A stretch of DNA of 64,000 nt, taken from the NCBI GenBank assembly GCA_963677485.1, contig OY781964.1, positions 1,344,001-1,408,000 on the forward strand. Direction: 5' to 3'. Below are positions 29,018 through 36,889 of the stretch, piece after piece (the stretch's first letter is position 1; each line of letters opens with the position of its first letter). The notes below the pieces were generated by a model that saw only the letters and a list, made by a program, of their open reading frames with translations, was not told where the DNA came from and did not search any database. The translations under genes were made by a program, and so were the position numbers. Source of the DNA: Armatimonadota bacterium (GTDB lineage Bacteria; Armatimonadota; HRBIN16).

Positions 29018-30196
29018 CTAATGTGCCATCCGCTTGTTGGCCTCGGAGATGATGTCCAGCCGGTAGGCCCTTGAGTTGGTGGCGGTGACATTGCAATCCG
29101 CCTCCTGCCAGGTAAAGTCATACACCCACATCATCGAGAGAGGCACTCCGGTCTTTTCGATCCCATCAATGATCTCCTGGAAGAAGACTTTCTCCAGTTC
29201 GGGTGTGCCCTGGTCAGCCGTGCCAAACTCACCGACCACAAACGGCTTGCCCGCCTTGCGTGAGATCGCCATGCTCTCAGTCATGAACTCATCCACGCTC
29301 ATCTTGCGGCCGTATTTATCCAAACATGGGCTGTAGAAGTGCCCGCTTAGTGTGTTGATGGGGTCCGGGTTGTCGTCAACGAACATGATGGCATACTGGT
29401 GCGGCGTGTCGGCTCTCCAGCTCTTTTCGGTCATCTGGTGGAAGGCTGACTGCCTCGGGAAGGCGTTACCGGTGAAGATGAGTCGCGTCTTGTCGTATTT
29501 GCGCACTTCGGCTCCGAACAGCTTGAATGCGGAGCGCATCATGTCATGGCTGATCTCATCTTCTGCACTTCGGCTGGCGGGAGTTCCTAAATCCGTCGCG
29601 ATCTGAGGACGGTGTTCGGTGGCGTTTGGCAGATCGGCCCCCAGATTCATCTCATTGCCAAACTCCCAGCCCCAGGCGGCCTTCGATTTGCCGTATCGAG
29701 TGATCATCTCTTTAACGAATGTGCGCATAAAGGCGGTGGTTTTGCTCTCCGGATTCGCCCATTGGTTCACCGGCTCGCCCACCATGTCGGATACACAGGG
29801 GTGGTTGAAAAACATGCTGAACACGATACCTACATCGGCTTTTTCCGCCGCCTTGACCACCTTATCCATCCGCCGGTAGAACTCAGGCCTGTCTTTGAGG
29901 TAGAGCTTGTTATCTGTGGGCCAGTAGCCCAACGCCCACATGCGCACGAACGGGATACCTTTCTGCTGCAGCACCTTGAAGCCCTCAATGTAGCTGGTGT
30001 CTTCAGGGTTCGCCAGCGCGCGGGTGAATGCCGAGACATAGTTCACACCGATCGCTCGGTATGGCTTACCATCGCGCAGAACCGTGCCCTCCGCGCCCAC
30101 CGTCAAGCCGCGATTTGTGGCTGCGGCAGCAGGAATCGCCATCATCGATATAATGGTGCTGATTGCCGATAACAACACTACCAATTTGATTTCCAT
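29018..30196 (-). CDS. Secreted GH5-family glycoside hydrolase
   Basis: Signal peptide, GVNY, WEFGNE (acid/base), VVGEFG (nucleophile). Confidence 0.85.
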   Translation of the reverse strand: MEIKLVVLLSAISTIISMMAIPAAAATNRGLTVGAEGTVLRDGKPYRAIGVNYVSAFTRALANPEDTSYIEGFKVLQQKGIPFVRMWALGYWPTDNKLYLKDRPEFYRRMDKVVKAAEKADVGIVFSMFFNHPCVSDMVGEPVNQWANPESKTTAFMRTFVKEMITRYGKSKAAWGWEFGNEMNLGADLPNATEHRPQIATDLGTPASRSAEDEISHDMMRSAFKLFGAEVRKYDKTRLIFTGNAFPRQSAFHQMTEKSWRADTPHQYAIMFVDDNPDPINTLSGHFYSPCLDKYGRKMSVDEFMTESMAISRKAGKPFVVGEFGTADQGTPELEKVFFQEIIDGIEKTGVPLSMMWVYDFTWQEADCNVTATNSRAYRLDIISEANKRMAH

Positions 30197-30356
30197 ACAT
30201 GCTCCCTAAGCTAACTTACGCGTGATTGATATCGTGCCGAATGCACTTCATTATGGCGTGTAATCGCCATTTCGTGCAATAACCCAAACCTCATATCCAT
30301 AACACATACGCCTTTCATGACGTCTCACTAATATAACGACCTACCGGAGGGGTGCC

Positions 30357-31289
30357 ATGCGTCTGTTCATAGCTTCGCTCATCATGTTTGGGTTGATACC
30401 AGCCGGTGTTCACGCCAAAACTGTGGAATATATCAGCTCCGGCAGCTCCTGGAGATATACTCGGAATGATATACCCTCGGAACAGGCTGCCGCTGTGAAA
30501 CTGAATGACTCGCGCTGGCTTATCGGCCACAGCCCGTTCAGTTCGGTGAAATCCGGACCATTCGCAATGCGCACCAAATGGCCAGCAAATACCACCTTCT
30601 GGGTGCGAAAGCATGTGAACATTAAATACCCTTCGGAGCTCAAGGCTTATGTCGCTGTCGACAACGGGTATGAGTTCTACTGGAATGGTGTGCTGATCAA
30701 CAAGGGTTACGACAAACCGAGCGCGAAGTGGCAATATGTGTTCACAATCCCGGCTCCGGCTGTCCGGAAAGGCCGTAATCTCATCGCCATCAGGCTGATT
30801 GACCGCGGGGGCATCGCCGCCTTTGACATGAAGCTGGTCAAGAGCACCGGTATCGTGTCGGAACAGGGCGTCATCTACAACCCAGACAACCAGCACTACT
30901 ACCGCATCGTCACCACACCGCACGGGCTTTCGTGGGACGATGCCAACACCCTCGCCTTGCAAACGCGGTATCGCAATCTGCAGGGACACCTCGCCACCAT
31001 CACCACCGCAAACGAGAACGCGTTCCTCCTTCAGCACCTTCCAGGCAATGCCTGCCCCTTCTGGCTGGGCGGGTTCCAACCTGACGGGAGTCAAGAACCT
31101 GATGGTGGCTGGCGATGGGTCACCCCAGAGAAGTGGAGCTACACCCACTGGGCGCCTCATGAGCCCAGCAACGGAGCCAACCACGAAAACATGCTGGAAT
31201 TTCGCCCTGACGGCCTGTGGAATGACCAGTATGAAGGAACGAATTTGCAGATTGGTTATATTGTGGAGTTCGAACCCGGCCGTTATTAA
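30357..31289 (+). CDS. Secreted protein with a jelly-roll sugar-binding domain and a C-type lectin domain
   Basis: Signal peptide; GHLATITTANEN, FWLGG, WRWVT, EPSN, WND. Confidence 0.8.
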   Translation: MRLFIASLIMFGLIPAGVHAKTVEYISSGSSWRYTRNDIPSEQAAAVKLNDSRWLIGHSPFSSVKSGPFAMRTKWPANTTFWVRKHVNIKYPSELKAYVAVDNGYEFYWNGVLINKGYDKPSAKWQYVFTIPAPAVRKGRNLIAIRLIDRGGIAAFDMKLVKSTGIVSEQGVIYNPDNQHYYRIVTTPHGLSWDDANTLALQTRYRNLQGHLATITTANENAFLLQHLPGNACPFWLGGFQPDGSQEPDGGWRWVTPEKWSYTHWAPHEPSNGANHENMLEFRPDGLWNDQYEGTNLQIGYIVEFEPGRY

Positions 31290-31352
31290 TCAGCCGCGCT
31301 GGTGCAGGCTGCATTACCATGTCATGGATCGTCTCACGCGAAGACGCGAAGG

Positions 31353-31660
31353 CGCGAAGGGTATGTGACCGCGCTGGTTTTCCATTTAACCACAAATGAA
31401 CACGAATAGACACGAATGGCGAACATCAATCCACAGATGACACAGATGGCACAGACGAGGTAATAAATGGCGCGGTTTACCCTCTGTACGCCGACCCGCG
31501 AAGGGTATGTTGCCGCGCTGGTTTTCCATTTAACCACGAATGAACACGAATAGACACGAATGGGTATCATCTATCCACAGATGCCGTCAGACCACCTCGG
31601 ACATAAGCGAACCACCCCGGCTACACCCCAATCTGTGCCATCTGCGTCATCTGTGGATCA
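31353..31660. repeat. Imperfect direct repeat (copies start at 31353 and 31497) built from short periodic motifs
   Basis: CGCGAAGGGTATGT..CCGCGCTGGTTTTCCATTTAACCAC.AATGAACACGAATAGACACGAATGG twice. Confidence 0.8.
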
Positions 31661-31794
31661 TCTACACCATTAATTCCTTGACTGCGCCAAAATAGCCGAA
31701 AATACCCGGGCTAATCACCCGATTACCATCGTCTTATATCTAGTGTTTCAACATCACCTGGTCGACAGACCGCTTTCTGTCAGGAGGACTAGAT

Positions 31795-34521
31795 TTGGCT
31801 AAACATCTATACATGTTTCTCATCGCAGTCATGCTATTTGCTGCAACGTCGGCATTCGCGGCTCTACCCACATACGAGTTCGCTTCACAAGCCGATGTCA
31901 ATACCTGGACGGGCCAGCACAGCATCAGCTCGAAGCTCTATGTGAATGGCAGTATGGAGCTCACCCTCTCTGGGGATGACCCCTACATCACCGGTCCGGC
32001 TCGTAATCTGGGCGATAAACCGGTGTTTGCCACCATCCGCATATACAGCGAAGTGGGCGGACCTGCGGAGTTCTTCTGGTACACCGCCACGCAGGGTGTG
32101 CAGGCAGGGCATGAGGCCGCTTTTGTGGTGCCCGCGGGTCAGTGGGCGGAGGTTCTAGTTAATCTGCCCGCACTTGGCAGCAGCGGCGGCTTGAGACTTG
32201 ATCCCCCTGGCAGCAGCGGCAAATGCATGGTGAACTGGGTTCACTTCGAAGAGCAAGTCGTCGTCAACCCTCCCGCCTGGACAGGCCCAACGATGAGCAC
32301 ACCAGCCGCCGACTGGCTGACGGTGCGCAGCGGAAACACTTCACTGACCCATGACCCCACCCATTTCGGCCGGTTCTATGTCAATGTCAATGATGTGCAG
32401 ACGGCCGCAGGCTGGGATCAGCCCTGGCTCTGCTTCCGCTCCACAACTGGTGCCCCGACATGGCTCAACCTGCTGGAAGGCGCGCACACCGTCCAAGCCA
32501 TCACCAACGGCATCCAAAGTAAACTGATGGCCTTGGATACCGACGGGGCGATTTGGACATTTACCAACACCTTCACCCCGGGCGCGGTATCAGGCACCAT
32601 CGCCTGTGCCAGCACCATCCGAGTAAACCAGACACGCCGCGCATGGTTTGTGCCCTGGATGGTGATGTTCCCCAAAGCGCGCGAGCGCGCGATGTTCCCA
32701 GGCCTGGAGTATATGGACCCACTGGACACCTCCAGCAGCAAAGATGACATTGAAACCTGGGACTACCAGCGGCGCGCACCAGATCCTGAGAAGATGACCT
32801 TCCCCATGCTGGCGATGCAGGCACAGAGCCGATGGATCGGTCTCTCCTGGGTCGACAACAGCAGATGCCAGCCGATTTTTGACAGTCCAGACCGAATTTT
32901 CAGCTCTAACCTGAACTTCATGGGAGTCTTAGCCAGCAACTTCAACTCCAATCAACGCGACCCTGGCAGCCTGCTACCGGCTTTCGCCGAAGAGTTTGCC
33001 GCCAACACGGACATCACGCTGAACATGAACATCTCCGGTGGCAGCGGGCCCAACATGGTGCCGGCGATACAAACTTACGTGAAGCTGTATGGCATACCCC
33101 AGTTACCCAACCCAGGCCGCGACATGCAGAACTACGTCACATGGGCAGCCGGAGGCTGGTTGGACAGCAACATCCGCAGCGGCGATCTTTACCGGCACGC
33201 CACCTGGCCAGGTGCGAACAACTGGGCCCCTGCACCCGTTGGCGATGTGCCCTGGATGGAGCGTTGGCTGGCCGAGAACACCACCAACCCCACCCTCAAA
33301 ACACGGCTGCAGTCTGCTTCCGAAGGAGCAGCCGCACAGGTGATCGCAGCCGGAAGTGTGAACTTCCGTGGGGTCGCGCATGTGCAGTATCCCATCGCCT
33401 CACTTATCTTCACCGATGGGCTCAGCGGACCTGATATCGCGCTGGGCAGCGGCAACGGCCAGTATGCGCAGTTTACACCTGAGGGCACCGTGCTTTACAA
33501 CCCACCCGCCACTGGCAACGACCTTTCCCGAACGCACTGGGCGAAACATGCCAATGGCATGACTGCCGCGGTTTTGAAGAACGTGTGGGACGGGGTGCTC
33601 TACAGCGCCGACCCGACCCTGGGACAAAAGGCACTTACCATCACGGACATGCTGTCACAATATGACAATGAGGCCCCTCGTGGTGCGCAGACCTGGGAGG
33701 TACCGCTGCACACCCCAGACATTCTGGGCTCCGCTTACCTGGTCTACAGTAACCTGGCGGCGTATGAATACACCGGCAAGAAGCAGTACCTCGATAAGGC
33801 GATCGACTGGGCCTGGACAGGTGTGCCGTTCGTCTACCTGGTCAACCCGACGGCTGGCGCGATCGGCCCCTACGCCACCATTCCGGTGTTTGGCAGCACG
33901 CAGTTCACCTTGATGAACTGGATGGGTGTTCCGGTTCAGTGGTGTGGCATGGTGTATGCCGATGCCATCCGGCGTCTGCAGCGTTTCGACCCCACCGGAC
34001 CCTGGGAGATGCTCTGGAAGGGTATCACCATCTCAGGTATCCAGCAAAGCTTCCCCACCGGGCCCGACGCCACTCTACAGGGCACCTTGCCGGACTCGGT
34101 CAACCTGCGAGCCCAATCCCGCAACGGTGTGGCCATCAACCCCGGCACGGTGATGAGCTGCGCCACCAACTACTACCTGGGGATTCCGGCCTACGACTAC
34201 AGGATATACCGCAGTCTTGGGCTCATGGTGCATCTGCCGGGGCAATGGCTGCCTGGTGAGACCGTGATGAAGGATGAACTCACCTTCCGTGCGCAGCTCT
34301 GGACAGACGCGAAGATCATGGTGGTCGGGCTAAAGAGGTTCGGCATGGTGATGGTTGATGGCGTGGTGGTGCCTGTCGGACAGGGAGCCGCCTACGATCC
34401 AAATGGTCACCTGTTTGTAAACGCCACCAAAGGCATGCATACCATCAACATAAAACTCAATGCACAAACCACCCCGACAAACCCCGCGGGTGGGATATCA
34501 GTGCTCCAACGGAACAAATAA
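31795..34521 (+). CDS. Large secreted hypothetical protein, possibly carbohydrate-active
   Basis: 908-aa ORF, TTG after AGGAGG, signal peptide ending AFA, Trp/Tyr-rich. Confidence 0.75.
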   Translation: MAKHLYMFLIAVMLFAATSAFAALPTYEFASQADVNTWTGQHSISSKLYVNGSMELTLSGDDPYITGPARNLGDKPVFATIRIYSEVGGPAEFFWYTATQGVQAGHEAAFVVPAGQWAEVLVNLPALGSSGGLRLDPPGSSGKCMVNWVHFEEQVVVNPPAWTGPTMSTPAADWLTVRSGNTSLTHDPTHFGRFYVNVNDVQTAAGWDQPWLCFRSTTGAPTWLNLLEGAHTVQAITNGIQSKLMALDTDGAIWTFTNTFTPGAVSGTIACASTIRVNQTRRAWFVPWMVMFPKARERAMFPGLEYMDPLDTSSSKDDIETWDYQRRAPDPEKMTFPMLAMQAQSRWIGLSWVDNSRCQPIFDSPDRIFSSNLNFMGVLASNFNSNQRDPGSLLPAFAEEFAANTDITLNMNISGGSGPNMVPAIQTYVKLYGIPQLPNPGRDMQNYVTWAAGGWLDSNIRSGDLYRHATWPGANNWAPAPVGDVPWMERWLAENTTNPTLKTRLQSASEGAAAQVIAAGSVNFRGVAHVQYPIASLIFTDGLSGPDIALGSGNGQYAQFTPEGTVLYNPPATGNDLSRTHWAKHANGMTAAVLKNVWDGVLYSADPTLGQKALTITDMLSQYDNEAPRGAQTWEVPLHTPDILGSAYLVYSNLAAYEYTGKKQYLDKAIDWAWTGVPFVYLVNPTAGAIGPYATIPVFGSTQFTLMNWMGVPVQWCGMVYADAIRRLQRFDPTGPWEMLWKGITISGIQQSFPTGPDATLQGTLPDSVNLRAQSRNGVAINPGTVMSCATNYYLGIPAYDYRIYRSLGLMVHLPGQWLPGETVMKDELTFRAQLWTDAKIMVVGLKRFGMVMVDGVVVPVGQGAAYDPNGHLFVNATKGMHTINIKLNAQTTPTNPAGGISVLQRNK

Positions 34522-34564
34522 AGCTAGACGAACACCAGGCGATGTGGTAAAATATCAACTGCAT

Positions 34565-34638
34565 TGCCTGGTCGTTCAACGGCAGGACAACGGACTTTGA
34601 CTCCGTTAATCGTGGTTCGAATCCACGCCGGGCAACCA
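34565..34638 (+). tRNA. tRNA-Gln(TTG)
   Basis: Acceptor stem TGCCTGG/CCGGGCA, anticodon loop CTTTGAC, GGTTCGAATCC, encoded CCA. Confidence 0.97.
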
Positions 34639-34909
34639 TTTCAGCCCCTCACACAGCTTCCCACTAGCCCTCTATATAAACCGATAATTCGTCATAAACC
34701 TTGTACATAACTAGTCGTAGGGGCGTCCCTTGTATGCTACGACAGTGTCTATTACAGTATGGGTTGACTTGAACTCAAGAGCAGTGCTTCAAAATAAGCA
34801 ATCGCCTGCACATTCGTTATCTAATATACTTTTATACACCACTATATATTGCATTGGCTCATTTTATGAGGGTATAATGAATGAACATTACGCTTCAAGT
34901 GAGGGTGCC

Positions 34910-35425
34910 ATGACTGATCAGACAGTTCCGTTTGAAACCACAATTCTTGAATTCGGCCCGCAGCGCATCATGGGGATGAGCGTGGTTACCGCCAACGCAA
35001 ATGGCGAGTGTGCTGCACTCTGGGGTAACGAAGGCGGTTTTGCCAACCGTATGAATGAAGTCAAACCGCCTAAAACAGGCGCACCCTGTTTTGGCGTCTG
35101 CCGGTGCGTTCCTGGCATCAGCGACGGCCGGTTTGAATACATCGCCGCGGTCAGCGCCAGTGCAGACGCCGTGTTACCTCAAGGCATGGTGGAACTCACC
35201 CTGCCAAAGGCGCAGTATCTGTGTATCACCGTGCCTGGTCTTGAACAGGTCGGTGCGGCTTGGAACTACATGGGCCAGTGGTGTACCGAGAACCCTGAGT
35301 GGCGCGGGTATTGCGATCAAAACGGCTGCGAATGCACCGAATACCCCGCGTTTGAATACTACACCTCGGAGTTCTTCACCACCAAAAAGCTCTATGTGTA
35401 TGTACCGATCCGTCCGAAGGAATAG
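34910..35425 (+). CDS. GyrI-like small-molecule-binding protein
   Basis: ALW, FEYIAAV, LPQGM, FEYY, YVPI pattern. Confidence 0.75.
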   Translation: MTDQTVPFETTILEFGPQRIMGMSVVTANANGECAALWGNEGGFANRMNEVKPPKTGAPCFGVCRCVPGISDGRFEYIAAVSASADAVLPQGMVELTLPKAQYLCITVPGLEQVGAAWNYMGQWCTENPEWRGYCDQNGCECTEYPAFEYYTSEFFTTKKLYVYVPIRPKE

Positions 35426-35449
35426 GGGTTGGGTTACACGACGGGAAAT

Positions 35450-35785
35450 GTAATCCACAGATTTCGCAGATTACGCAGATAAGATAATAACCGCACCGAT
35501 TATCTCCTAACTGCGACGGTTTGTAGGGGCGGGGTCTCCCCGCCCACACCAATTGTGATCCGTCCGATCCGTCTCATCCGTCCGATGCCCGGAATGTCTG
35601 AACCACGGATTACGCGGATGACACGGATGGGTTCGGATGGGAGGGGAATTGCTAAACATTTCGTTCCCCATCCGTGTTCATTCGTGTTCATCCGCGGTTC
35701 AAATGCGCCCCTAACGGGACGAGTAGGACAGGGATTTACGGTTCCCCATCCGTGTTCATTCGTGTTCATTCGTGGTTCAGAAAAT
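35450..35785. repeat. Mosaic of short-period repeats and a REP-like hairpin
   Basis: CCCATCCGTGTTCATTCGTGTTCAT twice, GTAGGGGCGGGGTCTCCCCGCCC, ATCCGTCCG units. Confidence 0.7.
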
Positions 35786-35876
35786 GCCCTGCCCAAAATT
35801 CGCTTCAGGCGCAATATGGCAGAACCCGGTATACTATAGGATGTAGTGATATCTACGGAGGCATCGAGCGCAACAT

Positions 35877-36146
35877 ATGGCATTTCTTATTTACGTCATT
35901 TTTCAAGTACTCACATGGATGATCATCGTTCATGTGGTGATCTCTTGGATAACGCAAACGGGTGCCGCGCGGATATCTCCCTATCACCCGTTGGTCAGGA
36001 CCTTGAACAACATCGTTGACCCGATGCTGGCCCCGATCCGCAAATTGGTGAACCCAAGGGCCATGGGAGGTCTGGATATCTCTCCCATGATCGCCATTAT
36101 CATCCTCACCATCATTGAGAGTATCATCGTCAAAGTGATCCGATAG
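35877..36146 (+). CDS. yggT: YggT/YlmG family membrane protein
   Basis: VDPMLAPIRK..GGLDISPMI. Confidence 0.92.
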   Translation: MAFLIYVIFQVLTWMIIVHVVISWITQTGAARISPYHPLVRTLNNIVDPMLAPIRKLVNPRAMGGLDISPMIAIIILTIIESIIVKVIR

Positions 36147-36147
36147 A

Positions 36148-36630
36148 ATGAGCCACTCTCAACGACTAACCCCCATAGACATAGCTCACAAAGAGCTGCC
36201 AACTACACCTTTTGGTGGTTATAACAGAACCACCGTCGACCAATTTCTGGATGATCTGGGCAATGACTACGAGCAGATTATCCTGGAAAATGCCAAGCTG
36301 AAAGAACAGACGGCTGCGCTGCAATCAGAACTAGCCCGATACCGCGAAATGGAACAAACTCTGCGGGAGGCGCTTGTGCTGGCGCAAAGAACCGCGGATG
36401 AAACACGGGCAGCAGCGCATAAAGAGGCGGAGATCATTCTGCAAAATGCAGACCTCCGCGCAGCACAACAGATCAAGGACCAACAACAACAAATTGAGCA
36501 ACTCAAAAGCATCAAACAAAAGATAGCTTTCGAGCTCCGGGCGCATATGAACGTGATCCAACAGTGGCTCGATGCCACCAACGACACGCCATCGGCAGAC
36601 GCCCCACCAGATGTCCAACCTCAAAATTAA
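36148..36630 (+). CDS. divIVA: DivIVA domain protein
   Basis: LTPIDI..GYNRTTVDQFLD followed by a coiled coil. Confidence 0.9.
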   Translation: MSHSQRLTPIDIAHKELPTTPFGGYNRTTVDQFLDDLGNDYEQIILENAKLKEQTAALQSELARYREMEQTLREALVLAQRTADETRAAAHKEAEIILQNADLRAAQQIKDQQQQIEQLKSIKQKIAFELRAHMNVIQQWLDATNDTPSADAPPDVQPQN

Positions 36631-36889
36631 AATACGCGTCACAGCGCGGGCGGGAAGAAACGCCATCGACCGATGGGACCCGCAGACAGATACCCTGCAC
36701 CTGAGAGTGGCAGCAGTGCCCTCGGACGGACAGGCGAATGAGGCCATCAGGCAATTGCTTGCCAAACAGTTGAGCGTCCCGAAAAGCCGCATCACCTTAG
36801 TTGGTGGTGCCACGAGTCGCAACAAAACTTACGAAATAGAGGACATGGAGCAACTACCAGAAAAGATACTGGGGCTCCAAATTGAATGA
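36611..36889 (+). CDS. yggU: DUF167 (YggU) family protein
   Basis: VAAVPSDGQAN..LA..L.VPKS..GATSRNK. Confidence 0.88.
   Translation: MSNLKIKIRVTARAGRNAIDRWDPQTDTLHLRVAAVPSDGQANEAIRQLLAKQLSVPKSRITLVGGATSRNKTYEIEDMEQLPEKILGLQIE

Noticed and set aside
31330-31660. Possible CRISPR or small ORFs (IRVYSCSFVV, ICVICG)
   Set aside because: Only two long copies; the ORFs are translations of non-coding periodic repeats
34565-34638. tRNA-Gln as an island attachment site
   Set aside because: No integrase and no duplicated tRNA 3' end seen in the window
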